Counted from the stretch's first letter, positions 8,952-20,484 are shown. The stretch is 64,000 nucleotides of DNA from an uncultured Oscillospiraceae bacterium (GCA_949295465.1 CASFKY010000043.1:80-64079), one strand, 5' to 3'. A program made the numbers and translations. The notes: generated by a model from the letters alone, not told the origin.

Positions 8952-10193
8952 ATGAAAATCGGAGAAATTGCAAAAATGAGCGGGGTTTCGGTGGAGACGA
9001 TCCGATACTACATCTCGCTGGGCCTGCTGGACCCGGCGCGCCGCAACAGCCAGTACCGCTTTTCCAAGGAGGATTGGAGCGACCTCCAGCGCATCCAGGA
9101 GCTGAAGGAGATGCGGTTTTCTCTCAAGGAGATCGAAACCGTCATCCGCTTTGGCCGCACCTCCAACTGGGTGGAGCCGGAAATCTGGCGGGAATACCGG
9201 GATATCCTCGAAAAAAAGGCCCTGGAGCTGCAAACCGAGCGGCAGGCTCTGCACGAGGCGATCCACCGCATCGCGCAGGAGATGGAGCGGGTGGACTCCT
9301 ACAAAGAGCAGGACGCCCCTGCCCCCAGCGGGGTGCCGCTCAGCGCGCTGAGGCTGTTGGTGTGCCCCCGGTGCGGACGGCCGCTGGACATCAAGGAGGC
9401 CACCTTTTCCCGCAATTCTGTGATGAGCGGGGAGATCGCCTGCCCCTGCGGGTATCACGCCACCATCGAGCGGGGGATCCTGAAAACTGAAAACCGCTAC
9501 CTGGGCAGCCACGACACCCCTGATCTGGGCCGGCAGCTGTACAGCGCCCTGTGCAGCGAATTGCTGCGGGCCTACCAGTTTTGCAGCACCTACATCATGG
9601 ACGAGCTGAACCATATGGATCTGAGGGGGAAAACCGTCCTGGAAAGCTGCATCAACGGGTACTTTTTTCTCTACAACCACTTTGGCCAGCTGCCCCGGGA
9701 CTGCCTGTACATCGTCACCGACAAATATCCCGAGATGCTCTACATGTACAAGACCTTCATCGACAAGCTGGGCCTCAAGCTGGATATCCTCTACATTGCC
9801 GACAACGGGGCGGACCTGCCCCTGGCATCGGGGTGCGTGGATGTGTGCGTGGACTTTTTCAGCAGCACCGAGTGGTCCCTGTATCACCCGGAAGCCTATC
9901 CCAATGCCCACAGCCGGCTCTGGGCCCCGGAGTGCAGGGTGGCCGGCAGTTTTATGGATGTGCCGCCCCTGTCCCAATCCCTCAAAAACCTCAAGCTGAA
10001 ATACCCGGAGGGCAGCGACCAGCTCTACAATTTTTCGGTGCTGGGCAGCGCCTGGAAAAAAGAGGGCTTTGTCCTGGAATCCAGCCTCTACAGCCAGATC
10101 AAAAAGACCCAGAACAGCTTTTGCTTCACCTGCCATGTGGATGGCGAGGACCTGAGCGTCTACGCCTTCAAGGGGCAGCGCCGGAGCGGCTGA
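8952..10193 (+). CDS. MerR-family regulator with a CxxC..CxC Zn ribbon and a C-terminal class I SAM-methyltransferase-like domain
   Basis: MKIGEIAKMSGVSVETIRYY HTH, coiled coil, LVCPRC...ACPCG, then TVLESCING, IVTDKYPEML and ADLPLASGCVDVCV. Confidence 0.85.
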   Translation: MKIGEIAKMSGVSVETIRYYISLGLLDPARRNSQYRFSKEDWSDLQRIQELKEMRFSLKEIETVIRFGRTSNWVEPEIWREYRDILEKKALELQTERQALHEAIHRIAQEMERVDSYKEQDAPAPSGVPLSALRLLVCPRCGRPLDIKEATFSRNSVMSGEIACPCGYHATIERGILKTENRYLGSHDTPDLGRQLYSALCSELLRAYQFCSTYIMDELNHMDLRGKTVLESCINGYFFLYNHFGQLPRDCLYIVTDKYPEMLYMYKTFIDKLGLKLDILYIADNGADLPLASGCVDVCVDFFSSTEWSLYHPEAYPNAHSRLWAPECRVAGSFMDVPPLSQSLKNLKLKYPEGSDQLYNFSVLGSAWKKEGFVLESSLYSQIKKTQNSFCFTCHVDGEDLSVYAFKGQRRSG

Positions 10194-10249
10194 GAAAAGA
10201 AAGCCCGCGGGGCAGGAGGGGCGCTTCCCACAAACGGCATATTGCAGAC

Positions 10250-10286
10250 AAAAAGACCGTTCTGAAGGGCTCAGAACGGTCTTTTT
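10250..10286. terminator. Bidirectional terminator
   Basis: AAAAAGACCGTTCTGA-agggc-TCAGAACGGTCTTTTT. Confidence 0.8.
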
Positions 10287-10325
10287 GGCCGGATGCGGAT
10301 GCGGGCAGGGGCGACGGGCGGGCGT

Positions 10326-12470
10326 TTACCCTGCCTTTTTGGCAGGCCGGATGTCCAGCCTGCGGCAGACGCAGCGGAGGGTGAATCGATAGACCAGATA
10401 CAGCAGGGCGGACAGGGCTGCCAAAAGGACGGCGCATACCCCCAGGCCGGCCAGTTCCCCGGCGGTGAAGCGGTTGTCGTTGCAGTAGAGGATCATGGCA
10501 TAAAAGAAGGAGATGGCCGCCGTGCCGGTGAGGGCGGGCACCAGAAACACCCGGGACACCTGCCCCCGCACCGAGCCAAAGAGGTATCTTTCCGGCGCGC
10601 CCAGCCGCCGCAGGTCAGCATAGACCCGGGCGCTGGTGAGGGCGATGGTCATGCAGCGGGTGAAGGCAATGACCACCACCGCCCCAAAGCAGATCAGGGC
10701 GATAAAGACAAAGAGCATCAGAAACACCGCCATGGTGGTGACAAAATCGTTCTGGTCCAGCACCCGGAACTGGGGCATGTAGAGCCAGTAGTTGCGAAAA
10801 TCCGAGCTGTCCCGCTGGGCATAGTCGATCACCGGCAGGTCGTGGCTGGCCAAGTATTCCCGGCTGTCATAGGGATAGCTGCCGGTCTGCCGGATCTGGA
10901 TCTGACGCTCCACCGGGTCCCAGGCGTCGAACACCTCCACCTCCGGGCCGGAGCGGTCCACAATCTCATGGAAGAGGGCCACCGCAAAGGGATAGCTGGC
11001 CGACACGTCCGCCACATTGAAGCACACATAGTTCTGCTTCCAGAAATCGGTGAGTCCGGCGGTGAGGAAGTCGTAGTCCTCGTCGTCCAGCACATAGCAG
11101 CCCAGCAGCATGGTGAAGCGCAGGGGCTGGGCCGGGGTGAGGGAGAGATACCGGCCGGTGACCATGTTGGTGACCCTGCTCACATCCCCGCCGCTCAGGT
11201 ACCGGCTGCCGCCTTGGTCGTCCAGCACGTTGGCGCAGCTGCCCCGGGCCAGGTCCACCTGCTGGCCGGTGAGGGCGTTCCAGGCGGACTCGGAAAAGAA
11301 GGTGGCGCCGGAGGCCACCTCCCGGTACTGGGTGGTGTAGGTGGTGCCCAGGGCCCCGTTGTCCTGTTCCAGGGAGACGGTGCCGTCCCCGCCCAGCGAG
11401 GCGGCCTGCACCTGGGCCCATTCGGTGATCTGCACCCCGTACTCTCCGGCCAGCTCCTCCACCTCCCCCCGCAGGGGCAGATCCTGGTCGGCCCGCCAGT
11501 GGTACTCGAAATCCACCGGCCGGCTGGCAAAGCTGTACTGGGAATTGGTGCTGAGCATGGGGGCGTAAAAGGCCGCAAAATAGGCCCCGGCAATCAGCAG
11601 GGTCATCACCAGCATGTTCCGCACCGTCTGCCGGCCCTGGAATTTCATCAGGGAGACGGCAATGAGGTCCTGGTATCGGCGGCCCCGGCGCCAGCCGTTC
11701 ACCACCGTGTGCAGCAGGATCAGGTACAGCCCCGCCAGGGCGGGCAGGTAGAACAGCCCGCTCACAATGGTGGGGGGATACCACCGCAGCACCTGGATGA
11801 AGAACCGGGGGGCCTGGTATCCGGCCAGCGCGCCCAGCACCACCAGGGCGATCCCGGCCCGGCCATACCATCCCTTCACCTGCCGGATGGGCTCGGAACG
11901 GTGGGACTCCTGGACGATGTCCAGCACGTTGACGCCCTGCACCGCCCGGTTGCCCAGGAAAAAGAGCATGGCCGCCACATAGCCGGCAAAAGCCAGGGCC
12001 GGCAGATAGGCACGGCCATCCAAGCGCAGGGCCATCTCCCGGGAATCCACCAGAAAGGCCCGGAACAGCCCCCAGATGCCCGCAGCCAGCGGCCCGCCTA
12101 GCAGGGCTCCGGCGGCGCAGGAGAGCAGGGCCAGCACCCCCAGATCCCGGAAAATCTCCCGTCTCAGCTGGCGGCGGGTGGCCCCCAAGGCCAGGAAGAT
12201 CCCGATCTGTCGGGATTTCTGGCGGAAAAACAGCCCGGCGGCGTAGGTGGTGAAGAGGGCGCAGCCCGCCACCGCCAGCACAAACACCATCATCACCTGC
12301 TTGCGGGAGTCCCCGCCCTCCGGCAGGACCGACAGGATGGTGGGCGAGCGCATCATGCAGAGATAGGCGGTGATGAGCAGCACCGAGAAAAAGCTGCACC
12401 CTGACAGCAGGGCATACTGGCCCCGGCTTTTGCGGCGAAGGGCGGCGTATACCTGAGAAAAAGTGGTCAT
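10326..12470 (-). CDS. FtsX-like ABC exporter permease
   Basis: Start MTTFSQVY after RBS; two FtsX-type motifs (QIGIFLALGAT, ADLRRLGA); large extracellular loop. Confidence 0.85.
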   Translation of the reverse strand: MTTFSQVYAALRRKSRGQYALLSGCSFFSVLLITAYLCMMRSPTILSVLPEGGDSRKQVMMVFVLAVAGCALFTTYAAGLFFRQKSRQIGIFLALGATRRQLRREIFRDLGVLALLSCAAGALLGGPLAAGIWGLFRAFLVDSREMALRLDGRAYLPALAFAGYVAAMLFFLGNRAVQGVNVLDIVQESHRSEPIRQVKGWYGRAGIALVVLGALAGYQAPRFFIQVLRWYPPTIVSGLFYLPALAGLYLILLHTVVNGWRRGRRYQDLIAVSLMKFQGRQTVRNMLVMTLLIAGAYFAAFYAPMLSTNSQYSFASRPVDFEYHWRADQDLPLRGEVEELAGEYGVQITEWAQVQAASLGGDGTVSLEQDNGALGTTYTTQYREVASGATFFSESAWNALTGQQVDLARGSCANVLDDQGGSRYLSGGDVSRVTNMVTGRYLSLTPAQPLRFTMLLGCYVLDDEDYDFLTAGLTDFWKQNYVCFNVADVSASYPFAVALFHEIVDRSGPEVEVFDAWDPVERQIQIRQTGSYPYDSREYLASHDLPVIDYAQRDSSDFRNYWLYMPQFRVLDQNDFVTTMAVFLMLFVFIALICFGAVVVIAFTRCMTIALTSARVYADLRRLGAPERYLFGSVRGQVSRVFLVPALTGTAAISFFYAMILYCNDNRFTAGELAGLGVCAVLLAALSALLYLVYRFTLRCVCRRLDIRPAKKAG

Positions 12471-12475
12471 GGGGC

Positions 12476-13219
12476 TCACTCCTTTCCCATATCCCGGATC
12501 GCGTTCAGCAGCCGGCCCTGAAAATCGGCCCGGCTGCCGGCGCCCCGCTCCAGGGTCTGCCATACCACCCCGTCCCGCAGGATCACCACCCGGTCGCAGA
12601 AGGAGGCGGCAAAGGAGTCGTGGGTCACCATGAAGATGGTGGCGCCCAGGCTCTGTTTGGCCTGTTCAAAGGCCCGGATCACCGCCCGGCTGGAGCGGGA
12701 ATCCAGGTTGCCGGTGGGTTCGTCCGCCAGGATCAGCAGCGGGTGATTGAGGAGGGCCCGGGCCACTGCGGTGCGCTGCTTTTCCCCGCCCGAGATCTCG
12801 GCGGGGTATTTGTCCCGGATGGAGCTGATCCCGAAAGCCTCGCACAGCCGGTCGGCCTGCTCCTGGGCCCGGGGGGTGACGGCCCCGCTCAGGATGGCGG
12901 GCAGCAGGATGTTCTGGCGCACCGTCAGCCCGTCCAGCAAGAGAAAATCCTGGAACACAAAGCCCAGCTGCCGGTTGCGCACCCGGGCCAGCTCCTCCCG
13001 GTTCAGCCTGGCCAGCTCCCGGCCGTTCAGGGTGATGCTGCCGCTGTCGGCGGGGATATAGCAGGAGATGCAGTTGAGCAGGGTGGTCTTGCCGGAGCCG
13101 GAGGGACCCATCACCGCCACGAATTCTCCCTTTTCCACCCGCAGGCAGACGCCCCTGAGCACCTCGTAGGTGGCGCTGCCCACCTGGTAGGATTTGCGCA
13201 GATCCTGCACGTTCAACAT
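12476..13219 (-). CDS. ABC exporter ATP-binding protein (LolD/BceA-like)
   Basis: GPSGSGKTT, ISGGEKQR, ILADEPTGNLD and MVTHD motifs. Confidence 0.93.
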   Translation of the reverse strand: MLNVQDLRKSYQVGSATYEVLRGVCLRVEKGEFVAVMGPSGSGKTTLLNCISCYIPADSGSITLNGRELARLNREELARVRNRQLGFVFQDFLLLDGLTVRQNILLPAILSGAVTPRAQEQADRLCEAFGISSIRDKYPAEISGGEKQRTAVARALLNHPLLILADEPTGNLDSRSSRAVIRAFEQAKQSLGATIFMVTHDSFAASFCDRVVILRDGVVWQTLERGAGSRADFQGRLLNAIRDMGKE

Positions 13220-13255
13220 GGATATCACAGTCCTTTCCTTCTTTGGGATACCTCC

Positions 13256-13375
13256 ATCATAGCGGGGGTCGAGGGCTGGGGCAAACGGCCCTGTCAACAA
13301 TGGCGCCGGGGCGGTCAAGTTTGGCGGCAAAAGGGAGAGGAATGTCATCTTTGGCCGTTTTTTCGTCAAGTTTGG
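13256..13375 (-). promoter_or_regulatory. ABC operon promoter with two pairs of LytTR-type direct repeats
   Basis: GTCAnnWWTGG at 13293/13314 and 13344/13365 (21-bp period within each pair); -10 TATGAT on the minus strand at 13256-13261. Confidence 0.7.
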
Positions 13376-13441
13376 TTTGGCGCGGCCGCCGTTCTGTGGT
13401 ACAATGGGCCAAAATCCATTTGGGGATGGGAGCAACAAGCG

Positions 13442-14154
13442 ATGCTGCGGATCGGGATCTGCGACGATGCGGCCCAGGAGAGGCTGTTCCTGCGGGCCGC
13501 TCTGGAGGGCATCCTGGAGGCAAAAAGGGCGGAGTGCCGGTTTTTGGAGTTCTCCTCCGGCGAGACCCTGCTGGAGTGGTACCGGCGCCACCGGGGCGAA
13601 GTGGACTTGGTCTTTCTGGACCTGGAGATGCGCCAGCTGGACGGCATGGAGGCGGCCCGGCGGCTGAGGCAGGAGGACGAAGGACTCCAGATCGTCTTTG
13701 TCACCGGCTATGCCGACCGGGTGTTTGACGGGTATTCGGTAGGGGCCCTGGGCTACCTGCTCAAGCCGCCCGGCAAAGAGCAGCTGGAGGCGGTGCTGGA
13801 GCGGCCCGGGCCGCCCTGGGCCGGCAGCGGGCAAAAAGCTATCTTTGCCGCTGCGGCGAGGTGTACTACCGCATCCCGATGGAAAAGATCCTGTACTTTT
13901 CCTCAGACCGCCGCCAGATCCACTGCGTCACCCCGGAGCGGACCTACACCTTTTACGGCAAGCTGGACCAGGTGGCGGCCCAGGCGGGGGAGGGCTTTGT
14001 GCGGATTCACCAGCGGTATCTGGTGCGGGCCGGGGCGGTGGAGCGGGTGGAGAGCGGCCAGGTGACGCTGCGGGGCGGCGCCTGCCTGCCGGTGAGCCGT
14101 TCCTGCCAGGCTGCGGCCCTGCTGGCCCTCACCCGGGCGGAACTGGAGGGCTGA
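13442..14154 (+). pseudogene. LytTR-family response regulator, frameshifted near 13804
   Basis: REC domain (IGICDD, VFLDLEM, FVTGY, YLLKP) continues in another frame as LytTR (FVRIHQRYLV, LPVSR); adding one G restores the frame. Confidence 0.85.
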
Positions 14155-14157
14155 GGG

Positions 14158-15441
14158 ATGGAGCCTGTGTATGTCTGGACAGATCAGGCCCTGACCAGCG
14201 GGTCCTGGGTCCTGGTGGCGGCGGCCGACGGGGCCATCCTGTACCGGGCCTGGGGCCGGTTTGTAGAGGTGCGCCCCCACTGGTTCTAGCGGGCGGCCTG
14301 GTTTCTGGCCCTGGCCCTCACCAGCGTCACGGTCATCTGGATCGGGGACCCGAACCTGCTCTACGCCCTGCCGGCCTTCTGCCTGTTCGGGATGCTGTGC
14401 AGCCAGGGGGAGCGATGGGGCCGGCTGGCACTCACCCTCATCTTTTTTTGCCTCATCATGTCGGTCAACGCCACCCTGGACACCTATCTGGAGCCGCTGG
14501 GCCCTCTCTCCCTGTTCAGCCGGGCGGGGCGGCCGCTGTTTTACGGCGGGCTCTATCTTTTGGTCCGCAAAAAGCTGCCGGAGGAAAAGCCTCGCCTCTC
14601 CGCCCGGCTGTGGCAGATGGTGCTGGTTCTGGCGGCCATGCCCCTCTGTGCCCTCATTGCCGTGGTGCTGCTGACGGCCCATCGGTATGAGTCCCAGATG
14701 GTCAACCGGGTGGGGCTCCAGCAGGGGCTGGTGATCCTGCCCTTTGCACTGCTCACCTCCCTGATGCTGCTGGCCGCCATCCTGGTGCTGGCCGAGCAGG
14801 AGCGGCTGGAGCGGGCCGGCCGGCTGGCCCAGCTGCGGGAGGTCTACTACCAGGGCCTGCGCCAGAGGGAGGGCCAGGTGCGCCGGCTGCGCCACGATCT
14901 GCGCAGCCACCTGACGGTGCTGGCCGGGCTTTTGGAGCAGGGCCAGACCCAGGCCGCCCGGGCCTATCTGCGGGAGCTGGGGGAATCCCCGGCCCTGAAG
15001 GGGGGCGCGCGGCTGTGCGAAAACGAGACCGCCAACGTGGTGCTCTCCGCCAAGGCGGGGGAGATGGAGCGGGCGGGCATCCGGCTGGACCTGGCGGTCA
15101 GCCTGCCCCGGGACCTGCCCGTTGCCGACACGGACCTGGCCGCGCTGCTGGGCAACGCCCTGGACAATGCGCTGGAAGGGGTGGGGCAGGGGGAGGGCCG
15201 CCGGGTCACCGTGCGCTGCCGGGCCGACAAGGGGCTGTTCATGCTGCGGGTGGAGAACACCCTGGGAGGCCCGGTGCGGCCGGATTTGGCCACCACCAAG
15301 GCAGACAGGGAAGCCCACGGCCTGGGGCTGCCCGGCATGGGGGAGATCGCCCGCCGGTACCATGGCACCCTGGAGGCCGGCGTCCGGGAGGGGAGGTTCC
15401 AGCTGGTGGTCTGCCTGCTGCTGGGCGGGCCGCAGCCATAG
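14158..15441 (+). pseudogene. GHKL (AgrC/VirS-like) membrane sensor kinase with an in-frame TAG at 14287-14289
   Basis: ATG 14158 is in frame with ORF 14392-15441; RHDLRSHL H-box, GNALDNALE N-box, HGLGL; single stop at codon 44. Confidence 0.8.
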
Positions 15442-15504
15442 GCGGCCTTTGCCCCGGTGCGGCACGGGCCCCGGCCGGGGGATTCAAGGCGCCAAAGCAC
15501 AAAA

Positions 15505-15576
15505 ATGCCCCTCCAGGGGGCCGCCGCGGGTCGGCCAAGCAGGCACGACCCGTTTGCGGCCCCCTGGAGGGGCGTT
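15505..15576. terminator. Long GC-rich inverted repeat between convergent genes
   Basis: GCCCCTCCAGGGGGCCGC...GCGGCCCCCTGGAGGGGC with an inner CGGGTCG/CGACCCG stem. Confidence 0.6.
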
Positions 15577-15603
15577 GTCTGTGTGTATTCCTTCTGGGTT
15601 CTG

Positions 15604-16635
15604 TTACAGCGACAGGCCGTAGGGATTGCCCAGATCCAGCAGCTCCTGATACACCTGATCAGGCAGATCAATTCCCTTTTCGGTGTTCTGCTGCTTGCGG
15701 TTGAGCTCCAATTCGCCGGGCATCAGGATCTCCTGCACGCCCTTTACCTTTTTCAGGCCCTTGATCTCCGAGATCATGGTGCTCAGAGAGGACTTGAAGC
15801 TGTCCACATCGATAAAGTGGGAGATGTCGATGGCCCCCATGAAATGGCCCACACCCTGGGGCGCGTCCATCTCATACAGGTCATGGAGATGGGGACCGTA
15901 CCCGGAGCCGCTCAGGATTCCGCTCAGGATGTCCACCACGATGGCCATGCCGCTGCCCTTGGGCCCGCCAATGGGGATCAGGGAGCCTTTGCGGCCTTGG
16001 GCGGGGTCGGTGGTGGGGTTCCCGTCCGGGTCCAGAGCCCAGCCCTCGGGAATGGACTGCCCCAGCTTTTGGGCCAGGATCAGCTTGCCCAGAGCCACCA
16101 CACTGGGGGTCATGTCCAGCACCACCGGCTTATCGTTGGAGGGTGCGGCCACAGAGATGGGGTTGGTCCCCATAAAAGGCTGGGAACTGCCAAAAGGGGC
16201 GATCTTCCCGGTCAGGTTGGTGCAGGCAAAGCCGATCATGTCCTGCTCCGCAGCCATCTTGGTGTAGTAGGCGGTGGCGCCAAAGTGGTTGGAGCCCCGC
16301 ACCGTGGCAAAGCAGCAGCCGGTCTCCTTTGCCTTTTTGATGCACATCTCCATCGCGAATTTGGCGCTTGGCGCACCCAGGGTGTTGCCGGCGTCGATCA
16401 CCACAGAGGAGGGCCCCTCCTTTATAACTTTAATGTTATTTTCCCGAGAGACCAACCCGGCGTTCAGCCGCTGCATGTAGATGGAAAGACGGCTGACCCC
16501 GTGGGAGCTGATCCCGGACAGATCGGCGTCGATCAGGACATCGGCCACTGCCTGAGCGCAGTCGGGCGCCACGCCGGATGCGGTCAAAAGGTCACAGCAG
16601 TATTTGTGGAGTACAGAAAAATGAAAATTTGGCAT
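15604..16635 (-). CDS. Type 2 malate/L-lactate (Ldh_2; AllD/ComC-like) oxidoreductase
   Basis: DLSGISSHG, GSNHFG, GTNPI, VLDM, IPEGWA and GGPKGSG motifs; start MPNFHF after RBS. Confidence 0.9.
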   Translation of the reverse strand: MPNFHFSVLHKYCCDLLTASGVAPDCAQAVADVLIDADLSGISSHGVSRLSIYMQRLNAGLVSRENNIKVIKEGPSSVVIDAGNTLGAPSAKFAMEMCIKKAKETGCCFATVRGSNHFGATAYYTKMAAEQDMIGFACTNLTGKIAPFGSSQPFMGTNPISVAAPSNDKPVVLDMTPSVVALGKLILAQKLGQSIPEGWALDPDGNPTTDPAQGRKGSLIPIGGPKGSGMAIVVDILSGILSGSGYGPHLHDLYEMDAPQGVGHFMGAIDISHFIDVDSFKSSLSTMISEIKGLKKVKGVQEILMPGELELNRKQQNTEKGIDLPDQVYQELLDLGNPYGLSL

Positions 16636-17079
16636 AACAATCCCCTCTTTTGTACAATTTGCAAAGGCCCTATACCCCTTGCTTGTTAAAAGCATAGCAA
16701 ACAGAGAAAGCCCAAGTCAAAGACGAAAAGTGGACTATAAGTATAATCAATCTGTTATAGTGACGACACAGAGTCAAGAATTGCAGAGGGGGAGAGGATT
16801 TTTTGACGGCCGGGGAAGAGGCAGCTTGGCCAACCCCGAAATATCCGCCGGCCCCAAAATATCTTCCGGCGGGCAGCGAGTCACGGGCAGCAAAGCGGAT
16901 TTCGCCGCAGCGGGCCCAAAAAGCCAAAAGGGCAGGGATGCTTGGGGTTTGGGGCGGCCGGTCCTGAAAGCCCTGCCTCCCACCCCCTGCTTTTTGGAAC
17001 ATTTTTGGTTCTATGCCTGTCAGGAACTTGTGTACAGAGACAAAATACGGTAAAATTATTAGTAACACAAATGGGATGA

Positions 17080-18162
<1,083 letters not shown>

Positions 18163-18188
18163 CCGGGCAGGAATAAAAATAGCCAAGG

Positions 18189-18217
18189 ATGCAGAAGAGG
18201 TTCTCTTCTGCATTTTT
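18189..18217 (+). terminator. Intrinsic terminator of the LacI gene
   Basis: ATGCAGAAGAG-gtt-CTCTTCTGCAT followed by TTTT. Confidence 0.75.
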
Positions 18218-18235
18218 CATAAATGCAAGGAATTG

Positions 18236-18320
18236 TTTTAGTGAATATTTTACGAATTTGCCCGTATGCGGTTAAAAATTTAGCAAATCCGTTGACTCGG
18301 CGGAATCGGGGTGCTATCCT
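18236..18320 (+). promoter_or_regulatory. SigA promoter with upstream LacI-type operator(s) for the galactoside operon
   Basis: TTGACT-17-TATCCT with TG extension (18292-18320); imperfect dyad TAGTGAATATTTTACGA at ~18239; related GGTAAAATTATTAGTAA at ~17049. Confidence 0.6.
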
Positions 18321-18402
18321 TCTTTTGTACATAAAAAAATGTACGCATAATACCGCCAAAAACATAGAAAATACCGCAGAAAAATAGGGAGAGAGACAAG
18401 CC

Positions 18403-20484
18403 ATGAGCATTGCGCTTGGTACGAAAAACGATGTGTTCCTGCTCAGCACCGAGAACACCAGCTACGCCTTCGGCATTGATGACAGGGGCCTGGTTCGTCA
18501 CCTGTACTGGGGCAAAAAGCTCCTCTCGGCAGACGATCTGGAGCTGCCCGTTTTTACAGAGGTGTCCACCAACGACCCGGTGTTCGAGATCACCCCGGAG
18601 GAGTTCCCGGTGCACGGGGGACTGCGTTACAAAGAGCACTGCCTCAAGGCCATCTTTGCCGACGGCACCCGGGAGCTGGTGTACCAGTACTGCGGCTACG
18701 ACGTGGAGGAAGGGGAGGGCTGGGAAGAGCTGGTGATCCACCTGAAGGATGACCACTACGAGTTCCACATGGACCTTCACTATAAAATTTACCCCCAGTA
18801 CGACCTGATGGAGCGCAGCGTGGTGCTGAAAAACGAGATGGCCGACCCCATCCAGATCGAAAGGCTCCACAGCGCCCAGTTCCACATCCCCTACGAGAAC
18901 CTGAACTTCTCCAACGTGCACGGACATTGGGGGGCCGAGCAGCAGCGGTTCACCCAGAAGGTGAGCTACGGCAAGATCCTCATCGAGAACCGGCGGGGCA
19001 TCTCCAGCCACAACCACAACCCCTACTTTGTGCTGGACCGGGACGCCACCGAGACCACGGGCGAAGTGTTCTTCGGGGCCCTGAGGCTGAGCGGCAATTT
19101 CAGCGGCGTGGTGGAGCAGACCCCCTACGGGGAGACCCTGGTGCAGATGGGGCTCAACTCCCACGACTGCCTGCTGGAGCTGGCGCCGGGGGAATCCCTG
19201 AGCGCCCCTGCCATCCTCTGCGGCTATTCGGCTGCCGGCTTTGAGACCATGTCCCACAACCTGCACCGCTTTGCCCGGGATCACCTGCTGCGCAAGGGGC
19301 TGCGGCCGGTGCTGTACAACTCCTGGGAGGCCACCGAGTTCCATGTGAACAGCCGGGACCAGATCAAGCTGGCCCAGAAGGCCAAGGAGCTGGGGGCCGA
19401 GCTGTTCGTGCTGGACGACGGCTGGTTCGGCGAACGGCACAGCACCCAGAACGGCCTGGGGGATTGGTATGTGAACGAGGGCAAGTTCCCCAACGGGCTG
19501 GAAGAGCTGATCAGCGCCGTGAAGGACCTGGACATGATGTTCGGCATCTGGGTGGAGCCGGAGATGGTCAACCCCAAAGCCCAGCTCTATCAGGATCACC
19601 CGGACTGGATCTATCACTACGACACCCGGGTCACCGACACCTCCCGGGTGCAGTATGTGCTCAACGTCACCAAGCCCGAGGTGCAGGAGTTCATCTACAA
19701 CATGCTGGACAACCTCCTCACCCGATATGACATCGACTATATCAAGTGGGACGCCAACCGCCCCATCTCCCAGACCGGCCCCCAGCGGGACATCTGGTAC
19801 AAGCACATCCAGATCATCTACGGCATCGTCACCGAGCTGAAGAAAAAGCATCCTCAGGTGCTCTTTGAGGCCTGCGCCTCGGGCGGCGGGCGGATCGACT
19901 ACGGCATCTTGGGCATCTTCGACGATTTCTGGACCAGCGACAACACCGACGCCTACGACCGGCTCTATATCCAGGATTCCTACTCCCGCATCTACCCCAT
20001 CAAGGCCATGCGGGCCTGGGTCACCGATTGCCCCAACTTCCTGTCGGGCCGGGTCATCCCGCTCACCTTCCGCTATCACAGCGCCATGATGGGCAGCCTG
20101 GGCATCGGGTGCAACATTCTGAAGTTCACCCCCGAAGAGGTGGAGCTGTCCCAGAAGATGATCCTCCAGTACAAGGAGATCCGGTCCATCATCCAGGAGG
20201 GCACCTTCTACCGGCTGGACAACCCCAGCGCCGACCAGTATTTCCTCTATGAGTATCTCAAGGAGGACAAGGGCGTGTTCTTTGCCTTCCTGCCCCAGAG
20301 CAAGGTGGGCCACCGGGGCACCACCATCCGGCTGCGGGGGCTGGAGGAGGGCGCCCAGTACACCCTCCACACCTCCCAGGGCGAGATTACCAAGAGCGGA
20401 AGCTATCTGATGTATCACGGGCTGCCCCTGCGGCTGAGCGGCGACTATGCCAGCGCGCTGGTGCAGTTTGAGAAAAAGCAATAA
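18403..20484 (+). CDS. Alpha-galactosidase, GH36
   Basis: YNSWEA, LFVLDDGWFG, FGIWVEPEMV, YIKWDANR, CASGGGR and WTSDNTD motifs. Confidence 0.95.
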   Translation: MSIALGTKNDVFLLSTENTSYAFGIDDRGLVRHLYWGKKLLSADDLELPVFTEVSTNDPVFEITPEEFPVHGGLRYKEHCLKAIFADGTRELVYQYCGYDVEEGEGWEELVIHLKDDHYEFHMDLHYKIYPQYDLMERSVVLKNEMADPIQIERLHSAQFHIPYENLNFSNVHGHWGAEQQRFTQKVSYGKILIENRRGISSHNHNPYFVLDRDATETTGEVFFGALRLSGNFSGVVEQTPYGETLVQMGLNSHDCLLELAPGESLSAPAILCGYSAAGFETMSHNLHRFARDHLLRKGLRPVLYNSWEATEFHVNSRDQIKLAQKAKELGAELFVLDDGWFGERHSTQNGLGDWYVNEGKFPNGLEELISAVKDLDMMFGIWVEPEMVNPKAQLYQDHPDWIYHYDTRVTDTSRVQYVLNVTKPEVQEFIYNMLDNLLTRYDIDYIKWDANRPISQTGPQRDIWYKHIQIIYGIVTELKKKHPQVLFEACASGGGRIDYGILGIFDDFWTSDNTDAYDRLYIQDSYSRIYPIKAMRAWVTDCPNFLSGRVIPLTFRYHSAMMGSLGIGCNILKFTPEEVELSQKMILQYKEIRSIIQEGTFYRLDNPSADQYFLYEYLKEDKGVFFAFLPQSKVGHRGTTIRLRGLEEGAQYTLHTSQGEITKSGSYLMYHGLPLRLSGDYASALVQFEKKQ

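Noticed and set aside
14287-14289. Pyrrolysine or programmed read-through at the in-frame TAG
   Set aside because: No pyl genes in the window; a TGG-to-TAG change in a Trp-rich segment is simpler, and the partner regulator is also broken
16833-16870. Short imperfect tandem repeat CCC(G/A)AAATATC..CCGGC in the Ldh_2-LacI intergenic region
   Set aside because: Only two degenerate copies with no supporting context; could be chance or a local duplication
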